Positions 40,125-54,796 of a DNA stretch of 64,000 bases are shown piece after piece. Position 1 is the first letter of the stretch; each line of letters begins with the position of its first letter. The position numbers were made by a program, and so were the translations under genes. Source of the DNA: Camelus ferus. Its lineage: Eukaryota. The stretch covers positions 69,628,001 to 69,692,000 of the forward strand of contig NC_045697.1 in NCBI RefSeq assembly GCF_009834535.1. Reading direction: 5' to 3'. Below the pieces are notes generated by a model that was given only the letters and a program-made list of their open reading frames with translations, was not told the DNA's origin and ran no database searches.

Positions 40125-40800
40125 GCTGTGTTAGTTTCCTGTGGCTGCCATAACCAGTCCCCCAAACTGAGTGGCTTAAAAGATATCCATTTACATTTCT
40201 GGAGGCCAGAAGCCCAAAATCAGTTTCATTGAGCCTAAATCAAGGTGATAGCCTTGCTTCCTCCAGAGGCTCTAAATGATGGCATTTAAGGCCAATCTAG
40301 ACAATCCAGGATAATTTCCCTATTATGAACTCCCACTGTTTTTGAGTTTTTGTACCTCATAATTCAGTGCAGTTTCTAACCAGTACTCTTATAAAAACTA
40401 AAGACATGCAGTTTTTTTTTTTAATAATGTCTCTCTTATTTTTTCTATGATGAGGAGGCTGAGAGTATACATGTTGAGACTGGAATAGCAGCTCCACAAA
40501 GTCATTAGGGACCTGAGCTTCTTGGGGTGTGCCTGTCGCCTTGTGGTCACAAGATTGGGGCTTCACTTCAGGTGACATGTCGGGGTTTGGAGCAGGGAAA
40601 GGGCATAGTAGGAAATAGCTGCTGCTTTGCTCAGAAGCTTTCCAGAAGCCCCATCCAACAACAGGGCTTACATTTTGTTGGCCAGATGGCCACATGGCCA
40701 CCATCAAGGAGGCTGGAAGTGTTTTAGCTGGGACATCACAAGTCTCCTCCAGATGATTTCTGTGGCTGTTAAGGAAAGGGGAGAATGACTGTGGAGCAGG
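40125..40800 (-). mobile_element. MLT1 LTR fragments (two adjacent copies)
   Basis: gttagtttcctgtggctgccataac...ctggaggccagaagcccaaaatcag; second copy ends ggccagatggccacatggcca. Confidence 0.65.
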
Positions 40801-40884
40801 GAGCTTGCAGTCTGTCCTAGAAAGTGATGAGAACAGTTCACATTTTCATCTACAACTAAAAGACTTTTAGACACAAAGCTTTAC

Positions 40885-41013
40885 TTTTTTTTGGTAGGGG
40901 GAGATAATTAGTTTTATTTATTTATTTATTTTTGGAGGAGGTACTGGGGATTGAACTCAGGACCTCATATGTGCTAAGCATGTGCTCTACCACTTGAGCT
41001 ATACCCTCCCCCC
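40885..41013 (-). mobile_element. tRNA-Ala-derived SINE (Vic-1-like)
   Basis: ggaggtactggggattgaactcaggacctca...cacttgagctataccctcccc. Confidence 0.92.
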
Positions 41014-41444
41014 GAAGAAGGCTTTTTTGTATATGATCACAGTAACCTTTGTTTTCCAACATCTGTTGAGAAAACCTGCTCAGTGCCAGGCATGGTGGTA
41101 AGTAAGCATTGGGATGTCTGTCAGTGGCTCCCATACATTGGTACTTGCTATGTGCTAGATACTTTAACTACTTTCATATATGTTATTTACATTATCTCCT
41201 TTAATCTGCTATCTGATCTTCTCCTGGAGATAACCCCATTTTATAGGTGGGGCAACTGAGGATCCATGAAAATGGTTAGTAATTATCATCGTCTAGATTT
41301 AGAGATAAAAATTAAGATTTATAAAGATGTAGCCAGTACATGATACAGCTTAATCACACCCATGTTTTCTAGTTCCAAGTTTGGTGCTAAAATCAGTGCT
41401 TTGAACTGAGTGTGCACCCCCAACATCCACCCATCCACATACTG

Positions 41445-41660
41445 TGAAATAGTGAGAAAGCATGACCTGTAGTCACATAATCCTGGGCTTGAGTCCTGAT
41501 TCTGCCAATTTTGGTTTTGTTATGTGATAGGCAAAATATCTAGCTTGATTTGTCATTTGTAAAATAGGGACAGTGCCATCTGTCTTGCGGGGGGGGGGGT
41601 TGTGAGGATGAAATGAGATACAAGTGTATATAGTGCACATATTAAGTGAATGGTAATTTA
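41445..41660 (+). mobile_element. MIR
   Basis: cctgggcttgagtcctgattctgcca...tcatttgtaaaatagggacag...gttgtgaggatgaaatgagat. Confidence 0.75.
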
Positions 41661-41926
41661 TAGTTATTATGATTGTCGTATTATAGTTCAACATTGACTT
41701 TTCTTATTCTGTGAAAGGTTAATACTGAAGGAATTACTTAGTCCCAATTTAGTTCTTGGGACTTTCGATTAGTCATAAAAATCCTCTCATGGCAAAATCA
41801 TAGAAAAGAAACATTTGTTTTTCTACCAATTTCCTGTAACTCTGGGGTTGAGAGGAGCCGGTATTTGTGCCAGTTGTGAGTGGTTTTTGCAGTGATAACA
41901 GATGGGAATAACTCTATTTTCCCTCC

Positions 41927-42409
41927 TGTATTCCCTCTGTTTTCTGTGGCTGCCACAACAAATTATTGCAAACTTGGTGGCTTAGAACAACACACATTTT
42001 TTTTTATCTCACGGTTCTCTATGTCTGACACAGGGCTCAGGCTAAGGTCAGATGTTGGCAGGTCAGCATTCCTCTCTGGAGGCTCTAGGAGAATCTTCTC
42101 TTTGCCCCTTTCAGGCAGTTCCTTGGCTGGTGGCTCCCTTCCTCCCTCTTGAAAGCCAGTAATGTGACATCTCTCTGACTCTGCTTCCATCATTACATCT
42201 TTCTCTGACTCCTCTGCCTTCCTCTCTCACCTTTTAAGGACCCTGTGATTACATTAGTCTCATCTGGATGAAGCAGGATAATCTCTCCTCTCAAAGTCAG
42301 CTGATAAGCAGCTTTAATTCCCCTTTACTGTAGTTGTAAATTACCATATTCACAGGTCCTGAGGATCAGGACATGGACATCTTCAGGTGCCGTAATTCTG
42401 CCTACCATA
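41927..42409 (-). mobile_element. MLT1C/D-like solo LTR, near full length
   Basis: Begins tgtatt...gtggctgccacaacaaatta, ends ggacatggacatct...attctgcctaccata; 5-bp TSD (c/t)ctcc. Confidence 0.85.
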
Positions 42410-43575
42410 TCTCCCACTCTCCCCAAAAGACTGAGCTCAGTTTTATCTTCAAAACTGAAAAATCTTTGATGTTGCAGATACCTTTTTATACACTGAAGTC
42501 ATTTGAGGTGGTACTGGGAGGTGATGGGTATGAGCTGGGATGCTTGACTCAGCTGTTGCTGTGTGTGGAAGATGTGAAGCGGGTACAGGGGAGGTGGTGC
42601 AGATGGGCCTGGGAGGGAGAGACCAGCCTCTCCCAGGCCCTCGGGTGATGGATGCAGGGAGAGCGGCTTTAGCATCACTGGTGTGATGACTTTGACCACA
42701 TAGTCCTAGGGATTTTTTTCCTTAGCGTTCCTGTCTGTGAAAAAAAAATGCAAATTTTTTTGTGTTTGCAAAGTCAAAACATTTGTAGAAATTTGTGAAA
42801 TTTCTTAGTATTTGTAATGATTTATTTGAGTAATTTTAAATTCTTTGAAGGAAAGACTATTAAAATCAAAGCAGAAATAAAATCTGTGGTTGAATTCAGT
42901 TTTCTTATTAAGTTCATCACTTGATTCAGTTTACTGTTTGAATTCATTTTCTCAATTCAGTACTGAAGTACGTCACATGAACATACTTTCCTAAGTGAAA
43001 AGTCTAGTCTTTCTAATTATTTATCCATTATGATCAATATGCAGCTACTGAAACTCCACTGCTTGCCAGGCACTCTGCTTGGCTCTGGGGATAGAGAGGT
43101 GAACGTGATACAATCCCTTCCCTCTTGGAGTTTATAGTTCAGCCTGGTAGGGCTTGTCAGCACGTAGTAAACAAAGTGGGCATGACTAACTAGGAGTCGA
43201 ACTACTGTAAATCATGGAAGAATCTGCAAAATTTCCCTTGTTTTTTCTCTTGAGTGTGTGGTTGCTTCCTTGGTTCAGGATTCTTTTCAAATACTTCTTA
43301 AAATTGAAATATAATTGTGACTGCTATTTATAATATAGACTAATTTTTTTTTTTTTGCTTATTTGAAGTGTGTAATCTGAAGTTTAGGTTGCTTTTTGGA
43401 ATGAATTTTAAAATAGGTTGTATCATTTATTAAGCTTTTCCAAATATTTAACATAATGAAATTATAGATGTTGATTTTTGCAAGCAAAGTTTTCAATGAC
43501 TCTTACATACAACATTCCGTAAAATGTTTCTAATTAAGGAAGGCCTGACATTAATTTTCATGTTTGTTCTTTTAG

Positions 43576-43627
43576 GAATGTTTTAAAGGAAGTTGGGCTA
43601 CTCACAAGTTACTACATAAGAAAGCGA
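43576..43627 (+). CDS. METAP1: METAP1 exon 2 (ECFKGSWATHKLLHKKA), completes the zinc finger
   Basis: Acceptor tttgttcttttag|GAA; donor GCGA|gtaagt; 52 nt; frame continuous with exon 1. Confidence 0.97.
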
Positions 43628-46600
43628 GTAAGTAAAATCACACACCTATACCATTTGTCTTAGAAGTGGCTTTGTGTAGAAGACAGTAATTCTTCCAGTT
43701 TTGAAAGTGTATATTTAAATGTTCTGACAGTATAATCCCGAAAGCTAGAGTTCAGACATTTTTTATTCTTTGTGGTGTGTAATCATGTAAATAAAATATG
43801 GCTGAGTAGTATCTTTGTTAATCTTGTGTCACATTTGCAGCATGAAAACATGAGATGGTTGCTGCAATAGTTGGATCTGACTTGAGCAATACCTGAGATT
43901 GTCCTAATCTTTTGGCGCCTGGCACCCTCTTTCTTTTGTTAGAAGTGTTTGCAGGTTATAGTCAGGGCCACGTAAGAGATCTGGCTTTATTTAATCAGAA
44001 ATCCTTTTTTTTTTTTTTTTTTTTTTGTTTAGTTTCAGTTTAAATTGCTTTGTCTAACTCAAAATTGTTATCACTGTTTTTTTTTTTTTTTTTGGTGTTT
44101 TGATGTTATTACTTGCAGTCTAATGTTTAATTTTCTTTTTGAAGTTACCTGGTGAGACACCATAAACTGTTGGCTGCTTCTTAGCTGTTGCTGTCAGCCA
44201 CACTGATCTATCGCCGATTCGAATGGCCTTTCCTGCTCTGGTGACTCATCCTGTAAATTCACGCCACTGGTGTGGCTAGTTCAAGACAGCTCATCATAGT
44301 TACCTGAAAATTGCCAAGGGCATTCTGTTCTTATAACATTGCCATCCCAGTGGATGAAGGCTTGGCTGATAGCACATGGTTCTTGGTATAAGGTTTCTTT
44401 TTCAACTTACTGATCTTGGTATTTTTTTATTCATTTACTTTATATTTTTAAGGAATTTGCCAATTTAATAAAGTTTGGTAGATTGTTTTATGTGTATCTG
44501 TACCTTAAAAATCTCACTGAGGTCAGTTTAACCACCATTTGAAGGAAAAGGAAATAAAAATTAAAGAAGACATATATTCTGTGGCTGTATAAAGTGAAGT
44601 CGACATTTAATGGAAACGCTAGGCTATTGTGGGAGGAAATGTGGTTAGAGATGAGGAGGAATGATTGTGAATAAATGAGTTTGTAAAAGCATAAATGACA
44701 GAATTTATTAGCCTCAAATCAAAGTATAAAGGTAGATTTAAATAATGCCATTTAACTTTATTCACGCATACTTTGAATACTGTATATCCAATGTGTTAGG
44801 TATTTTTAGAGCTCTCTGAGCCAGTGATTAACATTTTATACCCAGAAAGTTAAAGCACAGGGAAGTGAAGGATTGAGGTAAAACAGTATGTTATTAAAAG
44901 AGCTTAGAATGGGGTCTCTACTCCGAGCGTCTGCTAACTCGTTGAAGTGTTTATTGTTTATTCACTGTTGGATTTCTAAGGGTAGAGCTATTTCATTATG
45001 ACTTACACTGCAAGAGAATTAAACAGCTGACCTTCCCTAAGTAAAAAGAGCATGATTATTACTGCATTGGACTGTTAATGTTTTTACTTACCATTCTAGT
45101 ATTTAGAAGTATGGTTCCATCTTTCAGATTGTGCCCTCTTGGATCTTGTGGGATGATTCCAGCAGTGGGTGCGCCTAATGTTCTTGTTCCCTTTGGGCTG
45201 TGTTGAATAGAGACAGCCCTCAGCTTGCCAGCCTGTGTCTTTCACATCCCCACTGATAAATTGACCTCGACTGCACCACTGTGGACGACAGTCGCAGAGG
45301 AGGGAATCGTGTGTGATCTCCAGAGCTGAGAAGAGTGTTGGGAAAGGAATTAGAGGAAAGGAATGTTGGACTGGGAAGGAACCAGGGCATCTTAAAAGAT
45401 AGCACTTTACTCCAAGAATTAATAGTGAGATAACATAGCAAGCGGTTCGTATTATGAAGATGATATTCTCAGGCTTTTTCTTCTTTTTAAGCGTAATGTG
45501 TACTGATCTCTAATTAAAGATGACTGATTTAGATTTATGTTCATTTGGGCTATTGGTCTGTAATTTGCTTTTAATGTCTTTGACTGGTTTTGGCATTAGA
45601 ATAATCCTGGGCTAATAGAATGGGAAATGTTTTCCTCTTCCATTTGCTGGAAGAGGTTGCGTAGAATTAGTGTCATTTCCTCTGTAAATGTTTAGTAGGA
45701 TTCAACCCAGTGAAACCACCAGGACCTGGAGTTTTCTTGATTGCAGAAGCTAATCAGGACTTAGGAAAATTTCAAGTGTGAGTTAAATGACTCAAGGGCA
45801 AAATTTATGTTTTATGTGTCAAAGTAAAGAAGCCCAGTTAGATTGTAAAGCCCCTAAAGGCATGTTAATAGTGATGCTTAAGTGCCTGTTTCCCACATGT
45901 GTCTGCTGCCAGAGTATACATAGTAGTGCTTACTTTTAGTCAGATCTGTAAAAGTTGTAGCACTTAACATCTCAATACTATAAATTGTACACTTTTTAAA
46001 TATGTCGCTGATAATGTTCAATGTGTTTCTTTGTCTTCCATTTTCCTAAAGTAAAAGGTGGAAGCGTTTGACAAATATCTTTTGACTAGCCAAAAATGTG
46101 ATGTAAAAACTCCATTAAAAAAAAAACCCCAACAAACCTCTAAATAATACTTTTTATTCTACTCCTCCGAACTTGTGTGCTTGATTTTTAGATTGCAGAG
46201 GGAAGGAATTGAAGGTATTAGGTGATATTTCAGAACTGGTCCCAGCCAGCTTTGTGAGCATGTATTACTTACTTTAAGCCTCACCTCCAAAATGTTGAAA
46301 TCATAGGTTTGTTGTGAGGGTTAAATAAACAAATCCATGTAAAGTGCTTAGCATGTGTACAGTGCATGGTAAGTGCTCAACAATCATTTAATAATCATCT
46401 CCAGGGGAACTGAGTCAGAATTGTGATCAGAAAATTCTGTCCTGGGAGAAGCTTAGATATGTGCAGTTGTTTGGTATCAGCTGGCTGGGGGTGGTGGCCT
46501 GCACAGAATCTGAAAGAAGTGGGTGATGTACTTGGGGCCTGACCTTGCACAAATCACATACTCTTTGACACTACTTGCAGCTCACCTGGCTCTATTGCAT

Positions 46601-46715
46601 TGTGATGTTTGAAAGACAGCTTAAAGGTGTTGATTTATGCTATCCTGTGCTTTCACAGTCTTTTGAAAAAGACCAGTTAGTATGCAGTTTTGTTCCAACC
46701 CCCAGTCCAATTCAT

Positions 46716-46840
46716 TTTTTTTTTAATTGTAGTATAGTCAGTTTACAATGTTGTGTGAATTTCGGGTGTACAACATAATGTTTCAGTCATACGTACACAT
46801 ACATATATTTGTTTTCATATTCTTTTTCATTATAGGTTAC
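46716..46840 (-). mobile_element. Very short L1 3' tip
   Basis: ttttaattgtagtatagtcagtttacaatg...ttcattataggttac; flanking CCCAGT repeat. Confidence 0.85.
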
Positions 46841-47202
46841 CCAGTTCATATTTATTAAGTATCTATTATGTGTCTAGGACCTAAGGTTAGATCAAATTGA
46901 TCCTAAAATGTAAACTAACTTACTTTGGAATTGTAAATTTCCTGAAATAGGTTATACCAAGAGATTAGAAGAGAACTTGCCATATTTCATTCTTACTTGT
47001 CTACATAGCTTTTAGGTTTTGTTGGAGGTTTGCTTTCAATTCTCTTTTGAAAACAGACGGTAGAAGGTTTGGAATCCAGATTGGCAGGAAGCTTTAAAAG
47101 GTTTTACATCTTTCCTTTCCCCTGGACCCTCCTTAGGAGTGTGATAGCCAAAAGTCTTGCATCTTGATTACTATTCTGTCCTGTGTTTCAGGTGAAAATT
47201 AT

Positions 47203-47357
47203 AGTTTTTTTCTTTCTGTTTTTGTTATTTGGGGGTGCAGGGGAGGTAATTAGGTTTATTTCTTTTTAAGTGGAGGTACTGGGGATTGAACCCAGGACCT
47301 CATGTGTACTAAGCACGCACTCTACCACAGAGCTATACACCCTCCCTTTCTCCATCA
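47203..47357 (-). mobile_element. tRNA-Ala-derived SINE (Vic-1-like)
   Basis: Perfect 14-bp TSD CAGGTGAAAATTAT at 47189-47202 and 47358-47371. Confidence 0.94.
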
Positions 47358-49002
47358 CAGGTGAAAATTATTCTTGAGGTTCATAATTCATACAAAAGCA
47401 CCTGATATAGTCATAGCTAAATCAGGTATCAGTTGGCCTGCATTTTGAACTATTTTCTGTGTGTTTGACCCTAGTGGCAATGAAGAGTCTATCTTTGTCC
47501 TGGGATGGAAATAGTTTTCCTATTGATATTAACGTTCACAGAGGCTTTCTTGAACTTCATAGGGGAGAAAGATATCTAAAATTCAGTAGCATACTAGAGC
47601 CTCTCTTTTCCTTTTCTATTCTTATTTTTTATTCTTTTCTGTTCCTTTACTTTATATGTAATGTTGTAATTGTATTCTCTTCCAGAATAATGTGAATGGA
47701 TTGGCTGCATTTTTACATTCTTGTCAGTTGCACCTCAAGGGCCTTTCAGTCCCAAACTGACCGACCACATGCTCTGTGGAGAGAGTCCTGAACTGGGAAC
47801 TAGCATTTCCACATTTCTCTGAGCATGTGAACCATATACTGCCTCAGTTTCCTCATCTGTAAAATGAGGAAATTAGACTAGATTGTTTTGTTGTTGTTGT
47901 TGTTGTTGTTTACTTCAGTCACTATGCTGGATACTATATCCCCAGAACATATTTATCATATGATGAATTTTGTACCTTTTGACCGCCTTCACTCATTTCA
48001 CCGTTCCTCTTTAGCTTAACATGATATGGCTTCATCTATTCTCCCCATTTTGTGTCTTAAATAGATTGCTTAAAAGGGAGAAATTTTTTTCTTTTATTTT
48101 TCTTGTATATTGCCAAAATTATTTGAAGTCTGACCTTTAAAACCTATAATAGCGTGACAGTAATCAGGAAAGGATTGATGTGCATCGGGAGGTGTATAGG
48201 CTGCTACTTGGGATAGAGGGATTTGACTTTCTGCTATTTGAAGTCTTAGTAGTTTTTAGTTTGTGATAAGAGAGGCCATCAGTGTGCTGACATTAGACAC
48301 CACTGAGGTTCTGTTCTGTGTGAAAAAGATTTTTAGGTGCATTTCAGTAAATATAACATTATATATTAACTAACTAACCTGATAGTAGGGTGTGTGTTTG
48401 ATTCTTAATTTTTCTAATAAATTTGCAGTAACTTTCTATTGGCTGTTCCCTTATCTTTCTTTCCTACTTCCTTCTATTATCCCCTTCCTGAGAAAAGGCA
48501 AATGATACTCATAAAATTTTCAAAGCAGCATAAACTATTGACTTGAAAGTTACTCATCAGCTAAGTGAGGCTTTTTTTTTACTTTAAATTTGCTTTGGGA
48601 TTATTTAGGATCTGTTCTTTTAGTAAGAGCACAAAATGCATTTGTAGTATCTGCTCTTGGTGGGAAGTTTTGCCTAGGTTCAGATTTTATATTTTAAAAA
48701 ACAGGCTTTTTATAAGTTGACATTGTACGGAGGACGTGTTTATTAGCATTTCCCTGAGAAAAGGAGTTTGACTACGAGCTGTTTCTGTCCGACATTTTGG
48801 AAAAGCCGAGAATATGTTTCGACTGGGCTTTTTCTCCCCAGACATTTAGGTCTTCGAGGAGTCGTAGGGCTGTGGACATAGCAAGAAAGCAGTGGCTTTG
48901 GCGATTTAGGCTGGGGGGAGTTTGCTGGATTTTGTGCCTGGGCTCGTTGGCTTGGTTTCCAAACACTGATAGTTAAAAGCGTGCTGCTGCTTAGAGGCTT
49001 GA

Positions 49003-49164
<162 letters not shown>

Positions 49165-50092
49165 TAAGGTAATAAAAATTTAACATTTTTAAAAACCAGT
49201 TTTCAGAATTTTCTGTTTCTTAAAAATGATACTTGTAATTTAATTATGAATTATATTAAGGATTAAGTTTACATTCTAGGTTTTTAGCTTTTATGGTACA
49301 TTATTTGGAAGTTAGTAAGGGAGAATTGGCAGTCATGGATACAGTAGAAAAAATTTTAGATGAAGGATTAAGACTTACTTAATTTCTAAAAAAGAATGAG
49401 CTAGAATAGATATTTCTAGGCTGGCGTAATGGTAGTGCATATTCCTACTTTCCTGAAATTTTTTACTGTGCTATTTGCCTAAATTTAGATACGGCTTTTC
49501 CGCCACTCCTGCTTCTTTCTGTGTTCTTGGCAGACTGACTTCAGAGTCTTAACATAGGGATTGACTTGAAATTTATTTGTTGTCCTTAAATATTTAAAAA
49601 TTTTTTTACTGATGTTTTGTTTTTATAAAAGGAATAATACGTCTTTAATTTTTAAAATTTGGAAATACATCAAAAACATAAAGTTTCTTTAGCCATAGCT
49701 CCCAGAGATAATTATGATCAGGAACATATTGGTGTATATTTGAGATATTATTACTGTTTTTGGCTCACCAGATTGTTTGGAATGACATGGGCATCTTCCT
49801 TGTCTGTGTGTAATCTGAAATCCTTAACGGCCTTGGTCACTCTCCCTGGTTCTTTTGTATCCTAGGAAAGGGGGTGGCATTAGCACTAGAACGGTCAAGC
49901 TAGATCTTCGTGAAATAGATACGTTGTGGTATTTAAGAAGTCAGTTAAAACTTTTTTCTGTTTAAATGAAATGAATGAACTTTTTTTTCCTTTGGTGTTT
50001 TTTCCTTCACTTTTATTTAGTTAGTAAATTTTAATAATGAAAGCTACTTTCATAATTGAATCAGTTCTAACTACCCCCTTTGATATTTTTAG

Positions 50093-50197
<105 letters not shown>

Positions 50198-51254
50198 TGA
50201 TGACTACTGGAAGGGAAAGGAGTGCTTTTTTAGGAGAAAAATTTTAGTGCTGCATCTCTAGTAAGTGTAAATATACTTTTTTAAAGACATAGTAGAACAT
50301 TTGAGAGAATTAAAGATTCTCTCCTCCCATTAAAATATAATCAATTCTGAAACATTGTTTATGTAGCTATTAAAAGCTACATTCAACATAATATTATTGC
50401 ATTTTGTATTGTTATATCAAATTCCAGATTTTAAATAAGTTTTGATTTTAATATGTTCTCCTAAATAATATTTGTCAAGATGAAAACAGGTGGTAGAGGC
50501 CTGGAATGAAGGCCTAACTAAAGACTCTGGACTGTAGCAGTAATAGAAGTAGTAGGAATGAGGATGATGACTGTAGTAATGGTGATGATGATGCTTCTGT
50601 AACTGAGGCTTATTTTTTCATACCTGTGTCAGGCACTGTGCCACGTTCTTTACATGTGTTACTCCGTTTAATACTTTCAGCACTCCGGAGGTGGATTCTC
50701 TTGTCTTCTCTACTTAGAGTTGATAGTGAGACACATAGAGAAGATGGGTAATTTGCAGCACAGGTTTAAGTTGGATTATGTGAGATTATTGATTTTTCAT
50801 GTCACAGATGGTTTAATCTACTAAGCCAAACTACCTTTGCTTTTTTCACTAAGAAGTAGGGAACCATATTAAGCTCTTATGAATATAATTTTAAAATTTA
50901 GTTTAAGTCCACTGTTTCAGATAAATTGAAGGAGAAGAGTCTGAATGATAGAATGCTGTAGAGGGTGTGTAATTTCATTATTCTGTGTTTAATATTCTTG
51001 AATGCAGTTTTAAATTTTATGTTTAAGAAGTACATAGATAAGGTAAGTTTTAAATAGGATAAAATGTTACACAGTGAAAAGTAAGTACTGTTCCGTGGAA
51101 GTAATTACTATTAATGATTTCTTGCAGAATTTTCCAGAGATATTTGTTGTGTGTACCCACATTAACACCCTCCCATTTAGTTATACACGGAATGAACAAA
51201 CTACACACCTTTTCACCTTGTTGTATTGTATTGTAAATATTCCACATAAGCGTA

Positions 51255-53170
51255 TATAAAATATTTTCTTTTTTTTTTATGACTGAAATATTCCATTATG
51301 TGGATGTGTCATAATTTATTAAACCAGACTCCTACTAATGTATGTTTAGATTATTTCCTGGTTTTACTTCTACCAGTTTGACTGTAGTAACTGTTCTTGT
51401 AATTACCTCTTTCTGTGAGTGTTTCTGTAGGTTAGTTGCCTAAAGTGAAACAACTGGATCAAAGGATATGTGCATTTTTTATTTTGAGAGATACTGCAGA
51501 TGTCAAAGATTTTGCCAGTTGTTACTCCCATTAAAAACATATGGGAGTCTCTTTTCCTGTATTTTCCCCAGCACAGCATTTTACCAAGTTTTATGATCTG
51601 TGCTAATCTGAAAGATGAAAAGTGGTATTTTGTAGTTATTTTAATTTGCATTTTTAAACTGTGAGTAAAGTTGAGCGTCTCTTTATATGTTAAAAATTAC
51701 TTGTATTTTCTTTCCTTTTGAACTGTCTATTCATATATTTAGCCTTTTTTCCCCAGTTAGATTACTGATTTTTTTCCATACTGACTTATAGGTGTTCTTT
51801 CTATATTAAGGAAGATAATCTCTTGATGTATGTGCTGTAAATGGATTTTTCCCCAGTCCGACATTTACATTTTGTCTTTGTTTATAGCATTACATTGGTG
51901 ACAGATTTTCAACATTCTTCTGTAATAAAATTTATCAGTGTTTTCCTTTAAGGTATCTATGACTTAGAAGGACCTTTTTTAGTTCAGAGATTATAAAAGT
52001 ATTTTCCCATATTTTCTTCTACTGTTTTTATGGTTTCACTCTTTTTGTATGTAATAACATTTTTGATCTATCTGAAACTTGTTTATTATTAGGAGTTAAG
52101 TAGGGATGCAACTTCTGTTTTTTCCCAGAAGAATATCTGGTTGTCACATCACTAGTTACTTTAAAAACAAACAAACAAATAAACAAACAAACAAAAAGCA
52201 GTCTTTTTCTTACTGATTTAAAAATGCAACCTATATCATTATATTAAATTATCACAAGTCTTTGGATCTAGTTTTGGATTCTGTTCTGTTTCGTTAACCC
52301 ATGTGTCTAATCATGTGCCATTGCCAAACTCTTAATTATTGTAGCTATATAATTGTTTTAATATTTGGTAGGCCTTGTTGTCCCCACCTTTCCTCTTTTT
52401 CAGAATTTTCCTGGCTATTCTTGCATGTTTGTTTTTCCATGTGAAATTTGAAATCAGCTTGTCTCGTTCCCAAAAATGTCCTGTTACCACTTTTTATTGG
52501 GATAGTATTACATTTATAGACTAATTTTGAAAGAATTGACACCTTTACAGTATTGAGTCTTCCTGTCCAATAACAGAGTATGTTTTTCCATTTTATTTAA
52601 GTCTTCTTTTATGTCTTTCAGTGTGTTTTAAAATTTCCTTGATTAGGTCTTAATGTTACCAAGTTTATTCCTGGATACTTTATTTTTGTGAATAGCATCC
52701 TCTGTATTTTCTAGCTTATTGTTTGTATATGGGAAGGTTATTGATTTTTATAATCTGCCAACTTGCTGAATTCTTATTTCTAGTCATTCACCAGGTTTTC
52801 CCTTGTTCTAGTGACATGTAATTGTATCTGAAATTGACAAGGATTTTGTCCTTTTCCTTGTAATTTTGTAATTTTGTATGTCTTATTTCTTTCCCTTGTT
52901 TAATAAATCTGCTAGTACTGTCAGAACAGTGCTAAAAATACTAGTGCTGATAGTGGGCATTCCATGATGTTGGTTCTTGGCTTGAGATTTATATTTATCA
53001 TGTAAAGGTGGTAGCTGGCCACATTATAAGAATTATCTTTCTAGATGATCATTTATTTTTTCCTCTTTTATCTATGGCTATGATGAGTTATAGTAATAGA
53101 TTTGTTACTATTAGACTATCCTTGCCTTTCCAATATGAATCTCACTCAAGTCATGGTATACTATATATTT
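51255..53170 (-). mobile_element. Old L1ME-type ORF2 3' part
   Basis: Minus-strand translations MQIKITTKYHF and ILSKLVYKCNTIPIK are L1 ORF2p remnants. Confidence 0.8.
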
Positions 53171-53554
53171 TAACACTGACTTGAGTTCCAGTTTAAAAAG
53201 AAAAAATGCATGTAATTAATTCATCAGTTGTTGGTGTATTGTTGCTTTATGATATGATGATCTTGAAAGCAGCTGTAAATTGTATGGTACTACTCAAATG
53301 TGAATCACTGAACTGACCTTATTATTATTAGCACACTGCCTGTCAAAGTAATAAGTACTCCATCTTGATTGACTTCTAACAAATCTGAAATTTGTTCTTT
53401 AGAATTCTTCCTTTCTTCAGTTTTAGCAAATTTCATGCTGAAAATATTTTAAAAAAGAAATCTGACCCAGACCCTCCCATATTAGGAAATAACCATTGTG
53501 TGAAATAATGAGACTTGACTATTATTATTATCATCAGAGAGATACTTATGCTGA

Positions 53555-53734
<180 letters not shown>

Positions 53735-54649
53735 TAAGCAGTTATGAGACATGAAGTCAATGATTTACTCATTTACTTAACAAAGGTAGCAAATGTTACA
53801 TTATAAGACTGTAACTAGCCATACTTTTCATTAAACTTTTGTTAGAATGTAATTTTATGCAGTAATTGTTTTCTACTTAAGTAGCTTATTTGAAAATTAA
53901 TATGGCAGGTAATATATATTTAGTTGACAGTTTATTTCCTTTACCCTGCCTTTTTTTTTTTTTTAAAGAACGAGGTTTTTATGGTATTTTGTCATTTTAT
54001 TTTCATGAGTCATCATAACATAGGGTAAAGTTTAAGGTTTATATAAAGTTAAACTAAAGCTCCTGCTGTGAAATACCTGTGAAATATGATAGTGTAGTGG
54101 CTGGAACTTATTAAGTGAAATCATATGTTTATATTTTTCTAAGGAAAAATAATTGTTACATTATGTTGTTTATTTAGATGTAGTCCTTAAAGTTTTTATT
54201 CAGTGTTTAAAAGTGATTTTATTCATTGTTTAAAAGTAGTTTTCTTTGATAATTTGGGGAAATTTATATTTCTGTCACTTCTTTGCTGTGATTCTTTGAG
54301 GAAAGTCTTTTCCCTCCCTCCCCTTCCTCATGAAAGAAATGTGAGGGTACTCAGCCTTCATCAGTTGATCAGTTTAGATTACTTAGGGTGTACATTTTCA
54401 CATAGAAATTGGTCAGGCTTACTTATTGAGCTGTTTGCTAATTAGTCCAATTTTATTTATATATTTACACACATACATACATACACATTTATTGGTGGGT
54501 AATGGTTGTAAAATGAAAATTCAGGATTATAATATTCAAGGTGAGATTCATTTTATCAGTATCCCACAAGATCTAAGGTAGTGCAAAGGGTACTCATTTC
54601 TGTTTGTTTCATTTCTTGAATGTATGAAGTGTTTGTTTGTTTTTTTTAA

Positions 54650-54796
<147 letters not shown>

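Noticed and set aside
45159..45176. CTCF-like motif ccagcagtgggtgcgc
   Set aside because: Mismatches at core positions; no support without ChIP data.
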